46,045 nt of DNA, taken from positions 1-46,045 of IMG/VR virus record IMGVR_UViG_3300037467_000747. One strand, given 5' to 3'. Source of the stretch: a virus (taxonomy: Duplodnaviria; Caudoviricetes). The notes beneath the pieces are model-generated. The model saw only the letters and a program-made list of their open reading frames with translations, was not told the origin of the DNA and searched no databases. The translations under genes and the position numbers were made by a program. Of this stretch, positions 7,898 through 15,721 are shown in pieces. Every line of letters starts with the position of its first letter. Position 1 is the first letter of the stretch.

Positions 7898-8625
7898 GAG
7901 ACCTCCCCGAAGTCGAGGACATTCTGGGCGAGCCTCTTCACAATCAGCTCGCAGTACTGCTCGTCCTGCTCGATACCGATCGAGCGGCGTCCTTCATCCT
8001 TTGCGGCGCGGAGCGTTGTTCCAGATCCTGCAAACGGGTCAAGGACCAAGTCCCCGGGGTTGGTGAAGAGCCGCACCCAATCGGCCACCATCACGAGGGG
8101 CTTCGCAGTTGGGTGGCCGGTCCGGTCCATCCCGGTTGGGTGGGTCCATACGCTTGCCCGGCCCTTGCCGTTCCATGCCGGCTTCACGTCGGAGCGGTGC
8201 ATGAACGCGATCGCTTCCCACCCTTGAGCCGGGCGGTCGCCGCTGATCTGAGGCATCGGGTTGGTCTTCACCCAGATCCCGACTCGTAGCAGGCGCAGCC
8301 CTTCAGGCGGGTTATCGCTGTAGCCGAAGGCGTGCCGGTAGTCCAGGTTGGATATCACCCAGCGGCGGGTGACGCGGCCGCAATGGACCAGCGCTGCGCG
8401 TGCGTCCTCATCGGTAATGCTGTCGAACCCGAAGTTGCCGCTGAGGACCCGGTTGCCGTGACCCTTGGCACGGTCTGAGTTGGAGCGGACGTTCTCGTGG
8501 GTCCAGTCGCTGTATGGCGGGTCAGTGATCACGCAGTCGACGGTCTGGTCACCGAGCGACGGCAGTATCTCTCGGCAGTCACCGTGATAGAGCGTCACGG
8601 ACTCGTCGCTGTAGTAGGGCGTCAT
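7894..8625 (-). CDS. DNA methyltransferase (N6-A/N4-C, beta class, DPPY)
   Basis: MTPYY...LYHGDC, ITDPPY, HPTAKP and VLDPFAGSGTT motifs. Confidence 0.9.
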   Translation of the reverse strand: MTPYYSDESVTLYHGDCREILPSLGDQTVDCVITDPPYSDWTHENVRSNSDRAKGHGNRVLSGNFGFDSITDEDARAALVHCGRVTRRWVISNLDYRHAFGYSDNPPEGLRLLRVGIWVKTNPMPQISGDRPAQGWEAIAFMHRSDVKPAWNGKGRASVWTHPTGMDRTGHPTAKPLVMVADWVRLFTNPGDLVLDPFAGSGTTLRAAKDEGRRSIGIEQDEQYCELIVKRLAQNVLDFGEVS

Positions 8626-8870
8626 CCCGCGGCCTCCATTGCGTCCTTGATCAGGTGCCGCAAAGCCTGCGTAGCAGCCCGGTTGTCCGCGTCCGTCCCC
8701 GTCTGGGCGATAACACCCAAAACTGCGACGCAGCGGTTGATCATTGCCGGGAGTAGCCACTGCTGACGCAGGTAGCAGTCGCGCAGGTCGTCACGGATCG
8801 CGTCATACTCCTCCGCGGTCATCGGGTAGATCGGGGCCGGCGCGAACGGATCCACCAACTCGGCACTCAT
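8622..8870 (-). CDS. Hypothetical protein
   Basis: Coupled ORF. Confidence 0.6.
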   Translation of the reverse strand: MSAELVDPFAPAPIYPMTAEEYDAIRDDLRDCYLRQQWLLPAMINRCVAVLGVIAQTGTDADNRAATQALRHLIKDAMEAAG

Positions 8871-9166
8871 CAGAGACCCCCGTAGTTCAGGATCTGGTGC
8901 GAGCGATGGCCGATGAGGAAGTCCAGACCTGCTTCCGGGTCGTCATCGTCGGCCAGCCACTCGATGTCCTTTTCTGTCAGCGATCTAGCAGCCTCAAGCT
9001 CGGCCATAGAAGCCCGCGCGCGGAGTCGCGCGTCCAGTTCTTCCAATTGCTGCTTCGTGAACCGCCTGTTCATGTACTGCCGTGCGTATCCGGCACTGAC
9101 TCCCATCTCGTCGGCAAACTGCTTGGCGTACTCCGCGACGCTTCTGGGGGTGCTTCGTGGCGTCAT
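8870..9166 (-). CDS. Hypothetical protein, possible HTH
   Basis: AKQFADEMGVSAGYARQY helix-turn-helix-like segment. Confidence 0.55.
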   Translation of the reverse strand: MTPRSTPRSVAEYAKQFADEMGVSAGYARQYMNRRFTKQQLEELDARLRARASMAELEAARSLTEKDIEWLADDDDPEAGLDFLIGHRSHQILNYGGL

Positions 9167-9528
9167 TCGCGGCCTCCGGAGTGGACCGCGATTGCGGGTG
9201 CCGCTGTGGCCTGCTCCAGCTGGCTGCGCGTAGCGTTAAGCTCTCTCGTTAGCTGTCGCTGCTCCGCTTCCAGTTGCTTCACGCGTTGCTCGGCTGCGAC
9301 GGTGTTGCCTGCTGCCGCCCGGATCGCCCCTAGAGTCGCGATCTCCACCAGCGCATCGCGTTCCGCTCTGGCTGCGGCAGCGACCTTGCGATAGGCGCGG
9401 GTGCGAGTACCCAACGACTCGTGCCGCCGAGAGACGAACTGGCGCACAGCATCCGGGGCCTTATCCGAACGGAGGAAGGCGATCTCGTCGTCGGTCAGCG
9501 CGTCCGGATTCTCCTTGCTTCTGCGCAT
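9163..9528 (-). CDS. Hypothetical coiled-coil protein
   Basis: ATG after GAGGT; coupled. Confidence 0.6.
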   Translation of the reverse strand: MRRSKENPDALTDDEIAFLRSDKAPDAVRQFVSRRHESLGTRTRAYRKVAAAARAERDALVEIATLGAIRAAAGNTVAAEQRVKQLEAEQRQLTRELNATRSQLEQATAAPAIAVHSGGRE

Positions 9529-9535
9529 CTCAACC

Positions 9536-9655
9536 TCACTTCTCGTGGCAGATGCCGTCGTGGTCACGGTCAACATCGCCAGGGCCGCAGGCGTTCGGGT
9601 CCTTGCAGCCGGTCAGCACGACAATGGACAGCACGAGAACGGCGAGCACCTTCAT
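9536..9655 (-). CDS. 39-aa putative lipoprotein with DxDxDG motif (not in ORF track)
   Basis: MKVLAVLVLSIVVLTG-C lipobox; DRDHDGICHE; ATGA overlap with ERF stop and AAGGAG SD. Confidence 0.65.
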   Translation of the reverse strand: MKVLAVLVLSIVVLTGCKDPNACGPGDVDRDHDGICHEK

Positions 9656-10272
9656 GCGCTCTGCTCCTTCGTCAAATGGTTGGCGTACTGGTAGAGCCGG
9701 TCAGCGGTGGCATCCATCAGCACCTCGCCGTCCGACCAGAAGCTGAACGCCTTCCCTACGGCGACAGGGTCGAACGAACCGTTGTTCACCTCCCATGCAG
9801 CCTTCACAGCAACCCGGGCCTCAACGATCGGGTCCACCGCAGCGCGTTCGTAGGAGTGCGCGTCCGGTTCTGGGTCATCCGTGGGCAGCATCAGCGATTG
9901 CAGCAGCGCGGTGCGCAGAGCCACCGACATCGCCTTCGGGGTGGCCTTGTCGCCGGAGTCCATCGCCTCGCCGGCCGCCGACGCAGTGACAGCGGAGCCG
10001 TCCTCGGTGGACGTGAACGTGTACTCCACCACAACCCGCGCGTGCCCCATCGGCTTGCGGCGTTCACCCTGGCCGACCTCGACAGTCCCGTAGTCGTAGG
10101 ACCGGACGTTCGGTGACACGGTCACGCCATGCTCCAGCAGCGCTGGGTACACCGCGTTCACGACGGCGTCGACGCCTCGGAACATGAACCGCTGCACCTC
10201 GTTGCGGTCGTTCTTCTTGACCGCGCCAACGTCTCGCATGACGTTGTTCAAGGCGGTGTAGATCTGGCTCAT
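9652..10272 (-). CDS. ERF-family ssDNA annealing protein
   Basis: F.FRGVDAV.NAV.PAL...GEAMDSGDKATPKAMSVALRTALLQ...PTDD motif. Confidence 0.9.
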   Translation of the reverse strand: MSQIYTALNNVMRDVGAVKKNDRNEVQRFMFRGVDAVVNAVYPALLEHGVTVSPNVRSYDYGTVEVGQGERRKPMGHARVVVEYTFTSTEDGSAVTASAAGEAMDSGDKATPKAMSVALRTALLQSLMLPTDDPEPDAHSYERAAVDPIVEARVAVKAAWEVNNGSFDPVAVGKAFSFWSDGEVLMDATADRLYQYANHLTKEQSA

Positions 10273-10607
10273 GCTGCGTTCTCCTTGCGCTGCTGACGAC
10301 GCAGCCGTTTAAGCTCCAGTGCTCGCTGCTTCTGCTCATCCGTGAGCGGTTTCCGGTCCTCGTTCTTGCAGGTACGGCACTGCCGCCAGCCGCCCGAGGT
10401 GTGGATCGTGTTCTCGGCGGTGTACCGGTGGCCTCGTTTGCAGGACGTCTTCTCGCCGTTGTGAGCGCCGTCCGGGTAAGGGTCATGCACCGACCAAGCG
10501 ACCATGACGCGGCTCCGCGGATCCAATCTCCACTCGATCACCGGCGGGTTGGTCTCCATCGCGGCCTCAAGCTTCTCCACCTCGCGGATAGTCGAGTTCT
10601 TCGTCAT
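10269..10607 (-). CDS. Hypothetical protein with Zn-binding KTxCxRGH...RxCRTC module
   Basis: KTSCKRGHRYTAENT...RQCRTCK, a module commonly appended to actinophage HNH proteins. Confidence 0.65.
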   Translation of the reverse strand: MTKNSTIREVEKLEAAMETNPPVIEWRLDPRSRVMVAWSVHDPYPDGAHNGEKTSCKRGHRYTAENTIHTSGGWRQCRTCKNEDRKPLTDEQKQRALELKRLRRQQRKENAA

Positions 10608-11038
10608 GGGGTCACCTCGGTGAAAGTGAATTTGATGAAACAGGCGACCCCTGGCACCTTGTGGCGGTCACCGCCGGCCGCAACGGAGACCTTGCGTAGA
10701 TGCAGGTCGGAATCCGAAGGCAGTAGGTTGTACGACACCGACAAGGGTTTCGAGTCGCCGATGATCCCGTCGAAACACGCCTTGAAGGTTGGCTCCAGGT
10801 TCATCACGTCGCGTTGGCGGTTATCCGGCCAGGTGACCTTGATGTCACAGGTGGCGGCGTGCATCTTCTGTGGGCGGTGCGCCCTGCACCACAGGTAGGC
10901 GAGTTCCCGGATCGCTTTCGTGTGCCTGGCTTTCTCCTGCCAGCTGAGCCGCTGGTTGCTGGTGAGGAGTATGTTGCGGGAGATCGCGAGGCGGATGACA
11001 GCGGTCGTTAAGTCTTGGCTCAGATCGGGCTCGCTCAC
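10604..11038 (-). CDS. RusA-like Holliday junction resolvase
   Basis: LTSNQR.SW...RQRDVMNL.PTFKACFDGI...DSD motif. Confidence 0.7.
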   Translation of the reverse strand: MSEPDLSQDLTTAVIRLAISRNILLTSNQRLSWQEKARHTKAIRELAYLWCRAHRPQKMHAATCDIKVTWPDNRQRDVMNLEPTFKACFDGIIGDSKPLSVSYNLLPSDSDLHLRKVSVAAGGDRHKVPGVACFIKFTFTEVTP

Positions 11039-11113
11039 GGGTTCCTCCCCTGTCGGTTTGAGGCCCCACCCCCCAGGTGGGGCGGGCGATGAATAGTTAG
11101 TTGCCTAGGGCTC

Positions 11114-11140
11114 TCACCAGTCCCAGCCACTGCGGCTCAT
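11114..11140 (-). CDS. 8-aa micro-ORF MSRSGWDW
   Basis: Strong SD GAAAGGGGGTGA 5 nt upstream of ATG. Confidence 0.35.
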   Translation of the reverse strand: MSRSGWDW

Positions 11141-11145
11141 CGGAC

Positions 11146-11307
11146 TCACCCCCTTTCGGAAGGAGGGCGATGCTCACCGACCCAGTCCGCCACGTTCTGC
11201 GGTGTGGTTCGGTCGTCTTCGTGGTCCCATGTCGCGTACGGGTCAAGTAGGCGGTGCACCAGGGTCCAGAACAGCTCGGACAGGAGATAGCCGACGGCGC
11301 GGATCAC
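11146..11307 (-). CDS. Small hypothetical protein (53 aa)
   Basis: GTGA overlap with upstream stop. Confidence 0.5.
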   Translation of the reverse strand: MIRAVGYLLSELFWTLVHRLLDPYATWDHEDDRTTPQNVADWVGEHRPPSERG

Positions 11308-11846
11308 GGCAGCGGCTCCTCAACGGCCCGGATCGCCTTGTCGTAGGCGTCCTTCCGTTCAGCTGAGATAGCGACGGAACGGAGGTCTCTGAGCCTCAGG
11401 ATGTGGACAGCCTTTGCGCGCTCGATGCCCTTGGTGATGCCCTTGGCGTAGGCGTCCTCGTCGGCGTTCGCCGCGTCTAGGCGTGCCCACTCTGGAGCGG
11501 ACTCCGAACATGCCGGGCAGTCGCCGATGCCGACACGTAGCACCTCGGGGTGGTCGAGCCAGTCGAAGGAGGCGGTGAATGTGCCATGTTCGCTTTGCCA
11601 TCCACCCGTGCAGAGCCGCTGCCAAAGGACCCGGTCACTCAGGCCGTCGATTCCGGCGCGCACGATGGAACCGAACTTGATCGGCTCCTCGATGGCGGGC
11701 TTCGAAAGCTGCTCCTCGATGGAGTCAGCAAGCTCTTGAAGAGCCGGGATGATGGAACTGGAGATGCCTATCGGGAAGCCACTGAGTGCGCCTCGAAGCG
11801 CTCTCAGATCACGCTCAGGGTCTTCGCGAGTGATCGTGTACGGCAT
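11304..11846 (-). CDS. Hypothetical protein
   Basis: 180-aa ORF in operon, GGAG SD. Confidence 0.7.
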   Translation of the reverse strand: MPYTITREDPERDLRALRGALSGFPIGISSSIIPALQELADSIEEQLSKPAIEEPIKFGSIVRAGIDGLSDRVLWQRLCTGGWQSEHGTFTASFDWLDHPEVLRVGIGDCPACSESAPEWARLDAANADEDAYAKGITKGIERAKAVHILRLRDLRSVAISAERKDAYDKAIRAVEEPLP

Positions 11847-11848
11847 GG

Positions 11849-12049
11849 CTAGGCTCCGTCGTAGATGTGGTCGTTGGTGGTGTCGCGGCGGAGTGCGTGG
11901 ACTCTCGCCAACGGTTCATCGCGGAAGAGTCGCCTGCCCCTGGCGCGGGCCTTGCACACAAGGCCGATGACGCCAGCAGAAGCAGCCGACAGGACCAGGA
12001 ACCAGGCCGCGAGATCCCAGGCGAGGCCGGGGAGTTGACCGAGGTTCAT
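11849..12049 (-). CDS. Small membrane protein
   Basis: Hydrophobic LAWDLAAWFLVLSAASAGVIGLV; ATGA coupling. Confidence 0.55.
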   Translation of the reverse strand: MNLGQLPGLAWDLAAWFLVLSAASAGVIGLVCKARARGRRLFRDEPLARVHALRRDTTNDHIYDGA

Positions 12050-12279
12050 GGCCGCCTCGCTCTCACTGGGGTCGTACGGCACAGCTCCATGAACCGGTCG
12101 AATGCCCGGGTCTCCCAGTACTGCCGGTACGCCCTGCTGACAGGCGCCGGGTCGCTGGCCGCTGCGGCCACCAGTTGCGCCGCGACCTTGTCAGCGTGCA
12201 CCGCCGGCGGATCGAACGGCTTGCCTTCCCGCATCGCCTTGAAGCGCTGGCGAGACAATCTCTGCACCTTGGATGTCAT
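12046..12279 (-). CDS. Hypothetical protein
   Basis: MTSKVQ start adjacent to upstream stop. Confidence 0.55.
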   Translation of the reverse strand: MTSKVQRLSRQRFKAMREGKPFDPPAVHADKVAAQLVAAAASDPAPVSRAYRQYWETRAFDRFMELCRTTPVRARRP

Positions 12280-12281
12280 AG

Positions 12282-12836
12282 CTAATCCCTGGGATCGTGG
12301 CAGTCGTGATCTGGGTATTCGTCGTACGTCTGGCCTTCGAGCAGGTCCATGAATGTGCCGGGGGTGGAGTACTCGAGCCACAGGTTCCCGTCAGGGCTGA
12401 CCCACGTGGTTCGGATCTGACCCTTGACCTCTTCATGGGTCGCGGCGTACGTGGAGCCGTCCAGCAGGGCGATCCACATCCGCCAGGGCCGCTCATCCTT
12501 GAAGGTGAGCAGCAACCTGTCCAGGTGGTCCGGGTGGGGCTTCACCGAGATCGGCCGGTCGTGAAAGCGAGCACTGAGGAGCCAGACCGTGGTCTGCTGG
12601 TACGCGGTCAGCAGACGATGCCCCTCGTACAGTTCGAGCGTCGAAGCACCGCCGTGGCCGTGCAGGTCGAGGATGTGCCGCACATCCGTGTGGACCTGGA
12701 TCGATGGCGTGTCCGAGTTCCAGTGCAGGACGGACAAGCCGGAAGCGAACTCCACCACTGTGGCCTTCTCGTCACCTTCACCGGAGACACCGGAGACGTC
12801 GCGGTGACGGTTCAGGCTGTAGACGACGGCGGTCAC
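12282..12836 (-). CDS. Hypothetical phage protein
   Basis: DVSGVSG.G...VEF.SG...LHW...HGHGG motif seen in phage proteins of unknown function. Confidence 0.7.
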   Translation of the reverse strand: MTAVVYSLNRHRDVSGVSGEGDEKATVVEFASGLSVLHWNSDTPSIQVHTDVRHILDLHGHGGASTLELYEGHRLLTAYQQTTVWLLSARFHDRPISVKPHPDHLDRLLLTFKDERPWRMWIALLDGSTYAATHEEVKGQIRTTWVSPDGNLWLEYSTPGTFMDLLEGQTYDEYPDHDCHDPRD

Positions 12837-13153
12837 TTGGAAGCACCACCGATCAGTCCCACCAATGCAGTAGCCAGGGCGGTCAGGTCAGCGTCCAACT
12901 GCTTGTTGCTCATCGGCATCCGCTCGAATGCCTTGTGCTCTCGCAGCAGGTCCTCGAACCGAACCAGCAGCGCTTCCCGGTCGATTGCTGGTGTGGCTCC
13001 CTCCAAGTGGGGAAGAGCAGCCTCCAAGACAAGGTCAACAGCGCGGGCGTAGTTGGCGCGCCACACCCCAGTGCCGTCGGATCGATGCCACTCGCTATCG
13101 GCATGGAGAGCTGCCAGTCCAGCTACCCGCGCCGCTTCGTTGATGCGGGTCAT
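12833..13153 (-). CDS. Hypothetical protein
   Basis: Coupled ORF. Confidence 0.6.
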   Translation of the reverse strand: MTRINEAARVAGLAALHADSEWHRSDGTGVWRANYARAVDLVLEAALPHLEGATPAIDREALLVRFEDLLREHKAFERMPMSNKQLDADLTALATALVGLIGGASK

Positions 13154-13353
13154 GACGCCACCTCGCGAGACATGATGGCCTGGTTGGAACGGACGATCGT
13201 GAACCTTCCGTCAATGAGGCCGACGATGCCGATCCCATCTACGGATCCGTCGTCGCTTGGGTCGATGTCTGCCACTCGCACCCACGTGCCGTCGGTGCGG
13301 CGGATCTCCATGCTGGTGGTGAGTTCGTCAATGGTGCGGAGCTTCTCGGTCAT
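13150..13353 (-). CDS. Hypothetical protein
   Basis: MTEKLR start after GGAGGT. Confidence 0.6.
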   Translation of the reverse strand: MTEKLRTIDELTTSMEIRRTDGTWVRVADIDPSDDGSVDGIGIVGLIDGRFTIVRSNQAIMSREVAS

Positions 13354-13487
13354 GACGCACCTCCCGCGCAGGTGTGGCCGCATCCGGTGCAGACAGTCAG
13401 GTCGCAGATGTCGCACATCCAGCGGCCGTGGTTGTTGTTGCAGACAGCGCACGCCGTACGCCGCACGGCTGTGTAGAGGCGGGTCAT
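13350..13487 (-). CDS. 45-aa Cys-rich (Zn-finger-like) protein
   Basis: CAVC...CDIC...CTGC..C; ATGA overlaps at both ends. Confidence 0.55.
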   Translation of the reverse strand: MTRLYTAVRRTACAVCNNNHGRWMCDICDLTVCTGCGHTCAGGAS

Positions 13488-13810
13488 GGCCGACCCCGAT
13501 CCCGGACATGCACCGTGAGAGGCCCGTCCACCAGCAACTCCTCAAACGCAGCCCCTGAGTGGATGCTGTAGATGTCCTGTTTGCGGCGAGCCGACGGCAG
13601 CGCATGCACCCAATCCCGAAGGACCCCGGTCCCGGCGGACACGATGATGTCCACGTGACCAGACGGGTCAGTCGTTGCCTGAAGCCACTTCAACTCCGGG
13701 TGCATCGTGAACAACTGGGCGAGACGCGCCATGCCGTCGGTGAACTGGGCGACGTCGTTCATCGCCTTGTAGGTGCCAGCGGTCTCGCCGGTCCCCCCTG
13801 GGATGCTCAC
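13484..13810 (-). CDS. Hypothetical protein
   Basis: GTGA coupling. Confidence 0.55.
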   Translation of the reverse strand: MSIPGGTGETAGTYKAMNDVAQFTDGMARLAQLFTMHPELKWLQATTDPSGHVDIIVSAGTGVLRDWVHALPSARRKQDIYSIHSGAAFEELLVDGPLTVHVRDRGRP

Positions 13811-13914
13811 GCGACCCACCACCCCAGGACGGTCAAACCGCCGATGATGAAGAACAGCACGCCGTACGCCGATGGGCCACAACACCCACGAGGCCCGTAG
13901 TCTTTGCCGGCCAT
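13807..13914 (-). CDS. 35-aa membrane peptide
   Basis: MAGKDYGPRGCCGPSAYGVLFFIIGGLTVLGWWVA. Confidence 0.5.
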   Translation of the reverse strand: MAGKDYGPRGCCGPSAYGVLFFIIGGLTVLGWWVA

Positions 13915-13915
13915 G

Positions 13916-14074
13916 TCAGCGCACCACCCTCAGTGCGCGCGTGTCGTCGCTCTCCTCGACCGGGCGCGGGGTCCGGTTGATGTCGCGTATGACGGCGGAC
14001 CAACCGACCGTCAACAGGACCGCGACGGCGACCCAAACCACGATCCCGATACCCACCCACTTGACTGCGTTCAC
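13916..14074 (-). CDS. 52-aa membrane protein
   Basis: VKWVGIGIVVWVAVAVLLTVGW hydrophobic helix. Confidence 0.55.
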   Translation of the reverse strand: MNAVKWVGIGIVVWVAVAVLLTVGWSAVIRDINRTPRPVEESDDTRALRVVR

Positions 14075-14243
14075 TGCTACCCTCATTTCGTCTGGGCCCC
14101 TTGGTTGCTGCTTCGCGGTAGAGCCAGGGGGCTCGGCTATTTCTCTTGTGAAGTTCGTTGGAGCCGGATCGCTGCCGGGAGCCGGGGGGATAGCTCAAGC
14201 CGCCAACATGGGGAGGCGGCTGTTAACCGACAGCGACCCGGGA

Positions 14244-14456
14244 TCAGGCGATGCGCTTTCGGCGCACCAGGAACTCGTCCAGGTCTTTCTGGTCGATCCG
14301 TGTGCCGCCGCGGATCGGGAGGTCCACGGTCGGCAGATGACCTGACGCGATGAGCTTGTAGACCGGGTTCGGCGTCTTGAACCCCAGCACCTGAGCTGCC
14401 TCGCGGACGGTCAGGAGACGCTTCACCTCGGTGGGTTCTGTCTTCGGCTTCGTCAC
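14244..14456 (-). CDS. Excisionase/Cro-like HTH_17 DNA-binding protein
   Basis: LLTVREAAQVLG...VYKLIASGHLP......TRI...DLDEFL. Confidence 0.85.
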   Translation of the reverse strand: MTKPKTEPTEVKRLLTVREAAQVLGFKTPNPVYKLIASGHLPTVDLPIRGGTRIDQKDLDEFLVRRKRIA

Positions 14457-14596
14457 CGGATCACCAGTCCTGTCAGGAGTCCTCCGAGGACCAGGGCCGC
14501 GATCACGAGACGCGGGAGGCAGGGGAACTTGACCGGCTTTGGGCCTTCCTTGTTCACCCGACCCGAGTGGGTCCAAGTGGGCTCTTTTGAGTTCAC
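14453..14596 (-). CDS. 47-aa leaderless membrane peptide, first gene of the leftward operon
   Basis: GTG 7 nt downstream of -10 TAACGT; C-terminal hydrophobic helix; GTGA-coupled to the xis-like gene. Confidence 0.5.
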   Translation of the reverse strand: MNSKEPTWTHSGRVNKEGPKPVKFPCLPRLVIAALVLGGLLTGLVIR

Positions 14597-14670
14597 GACC
14601 CGAACGTTACGCCCTGTGCGCAATCTGTGCAAGGTCCAAATGAGACTTTTTCGAGTCCAAGTGGGTTCAA
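14563..14670. promoter_or_regulatory. Putative operator repeats GTCCAA(G/A)TG(G/A)G
   Basis: gtccaagtggg near 14571 and 14655, gtccaaatgag near 14634, flanking the divergent promoters. Confidence 0.5.
14604..14632 (-). promoter_or_regulatory. Leftward (early lytic) promoter TTGCAC-17-TAACGT
   Basis: Consensus-like hexamers with 17-bp spacer. Confidence 0.6.
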
Positions 14671-14678
14671 ACAAGCTA

Positions 14679-14707
14679 TTGCGGGTTCGTGGTCTAGGCC
14701 GTACCGT
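14679..14707 (+). promoter_or_regulatory. Rightward promoter TTGCGG-17-TACCGT
   Basis: 17-bp spacer; ATG of MTPNEPE* lies 7 nt downstream. Confidence 0.45.
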
Positions 14708-14766
14708 GGCTGACATGACCCCGAATGAACCGGAATGAACCGAGAAGGTCTGCCATGATTCGCTAC

Positions 14767-15138
14767 ATGATCGACAGACATGGACGCGCCCGCGTCGCCC
14801 GATTCGTCACCGAAGAGATTGCCCGCCAAGGGCTGTCCACCAGAGCCCTCGGTGCCGCACCTGGCCGCCCCCGCCTGCCGACGATCAAGCGCATCAAGGC
14901 CGAGGACCCCGACGTCTCAGAGACGATGCTGCGGGCGATGGGCGGCAAGCTCGGCCTGCCGGCGGACTGGCTCATCTACATCGGCACCGGTGACAAGAAG
15001 CGGATTTACAACTCCGGTGCCGACCCCGACCTCATTCGGGTCACGCTCGATCTGTTCGATTCCCCGATGCCTCCCCTGCGGCGAACGGGCAGCCAACCAG
15101 GAGGTGGAGTGCGGTGGTCACACCGCGAAGAGTCATGA
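14767..15138 (+). CDS. XRE-like HTH protein, putative immunity repressor (probably leaderless)
   Basis: GLSTRALG...PTIKRIKA...VSETMLRAM..KLGLP; divergent from the xis-like operon; extended -10 TGcCATGAT 7 nt before ATG. Confidence 0.65.
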   Translation: MIDRHGRARVARFVTEEIARQGLSTRALGAAPGRPRLPTIKRIKAEDPDVSETMLRAMGGKLGLPADWLIYIGTGDKKRIYNSGADPDLIRVTLDLFDSPMPPLRRTGSQPGGGVRWSHREES

Positions 15139-15647
15139 CAAACCGACACACGGATCGTAACCGAAACGTGACACAAAGTTCCCGTAACCTTTTGGCTTCC
15201 GGCACAGATACACGTTCTGAACCGCTGCGGCGGGGGGGACCGATATGGATCAACCTGTTCGGAAGGGACTGGGTTGTGAACAAGCCGAGCAAGCTAGGAA
15301 TCACTGGGGTAGTCATGGCGAGCTTGGGGGTGGTGTGCATCGTCTGGGGAAGTGCCAAAGAGTTCGACCCCGTCAGGGTCGGGATCGTCCTGTTCCTCGG
15401 GGGACTGACCTTGGTGTGCTTCAAGGAGCTGCGTACCCAGAACCTCGCGGCCAACGAGATCTACAACGTCGGCCGCGAGAGGGGACAGGACGAGACGTAC
15501 GACGAGGCATACAAGGAGGGCTACCGGGAGGGCATGACGATGGGGGAACGGCGCCGGCCGCACGTGGTCGCCAAATTGCCCCATTGTCCGAACTGTGGCA
15601 CCGCTACGGCGCTGCACGCTGTCGCAGGTGTGGCTGATCGTGGGTAG
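15135..15647 (+). CDS. Two-TM membrane protein with C-terminal CPNCG knuckle
   Basis: Two hydrophobic segments, YDEAYKEGYREG, CxxC; ATGA-coupled to the repressor (true start may be later). Confidence 0.65.
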   Translation: MTNRHTDRNRNVTQSSRNLLASGTDTRSEPLRRGGPIWINLFGRDWVVNKPSKLGITGVVMASLGVVCIVWGSAKEFDPVRVGIVLFLGGLTLVCFKELRTQNLAANEIYNVGRERGQDETYDEAYKEGYREGMTMGERRRPHVVAKLPHCPNCGTATALHAVAGVADRG

Positions 15648-15721
15648 GGATTTCCCCACGATTCCCGAACGAAGGTGTGGGAGCGTGCCGATCGGGCTCG
15701 CAGGTCGGCACTCTCACCTCT

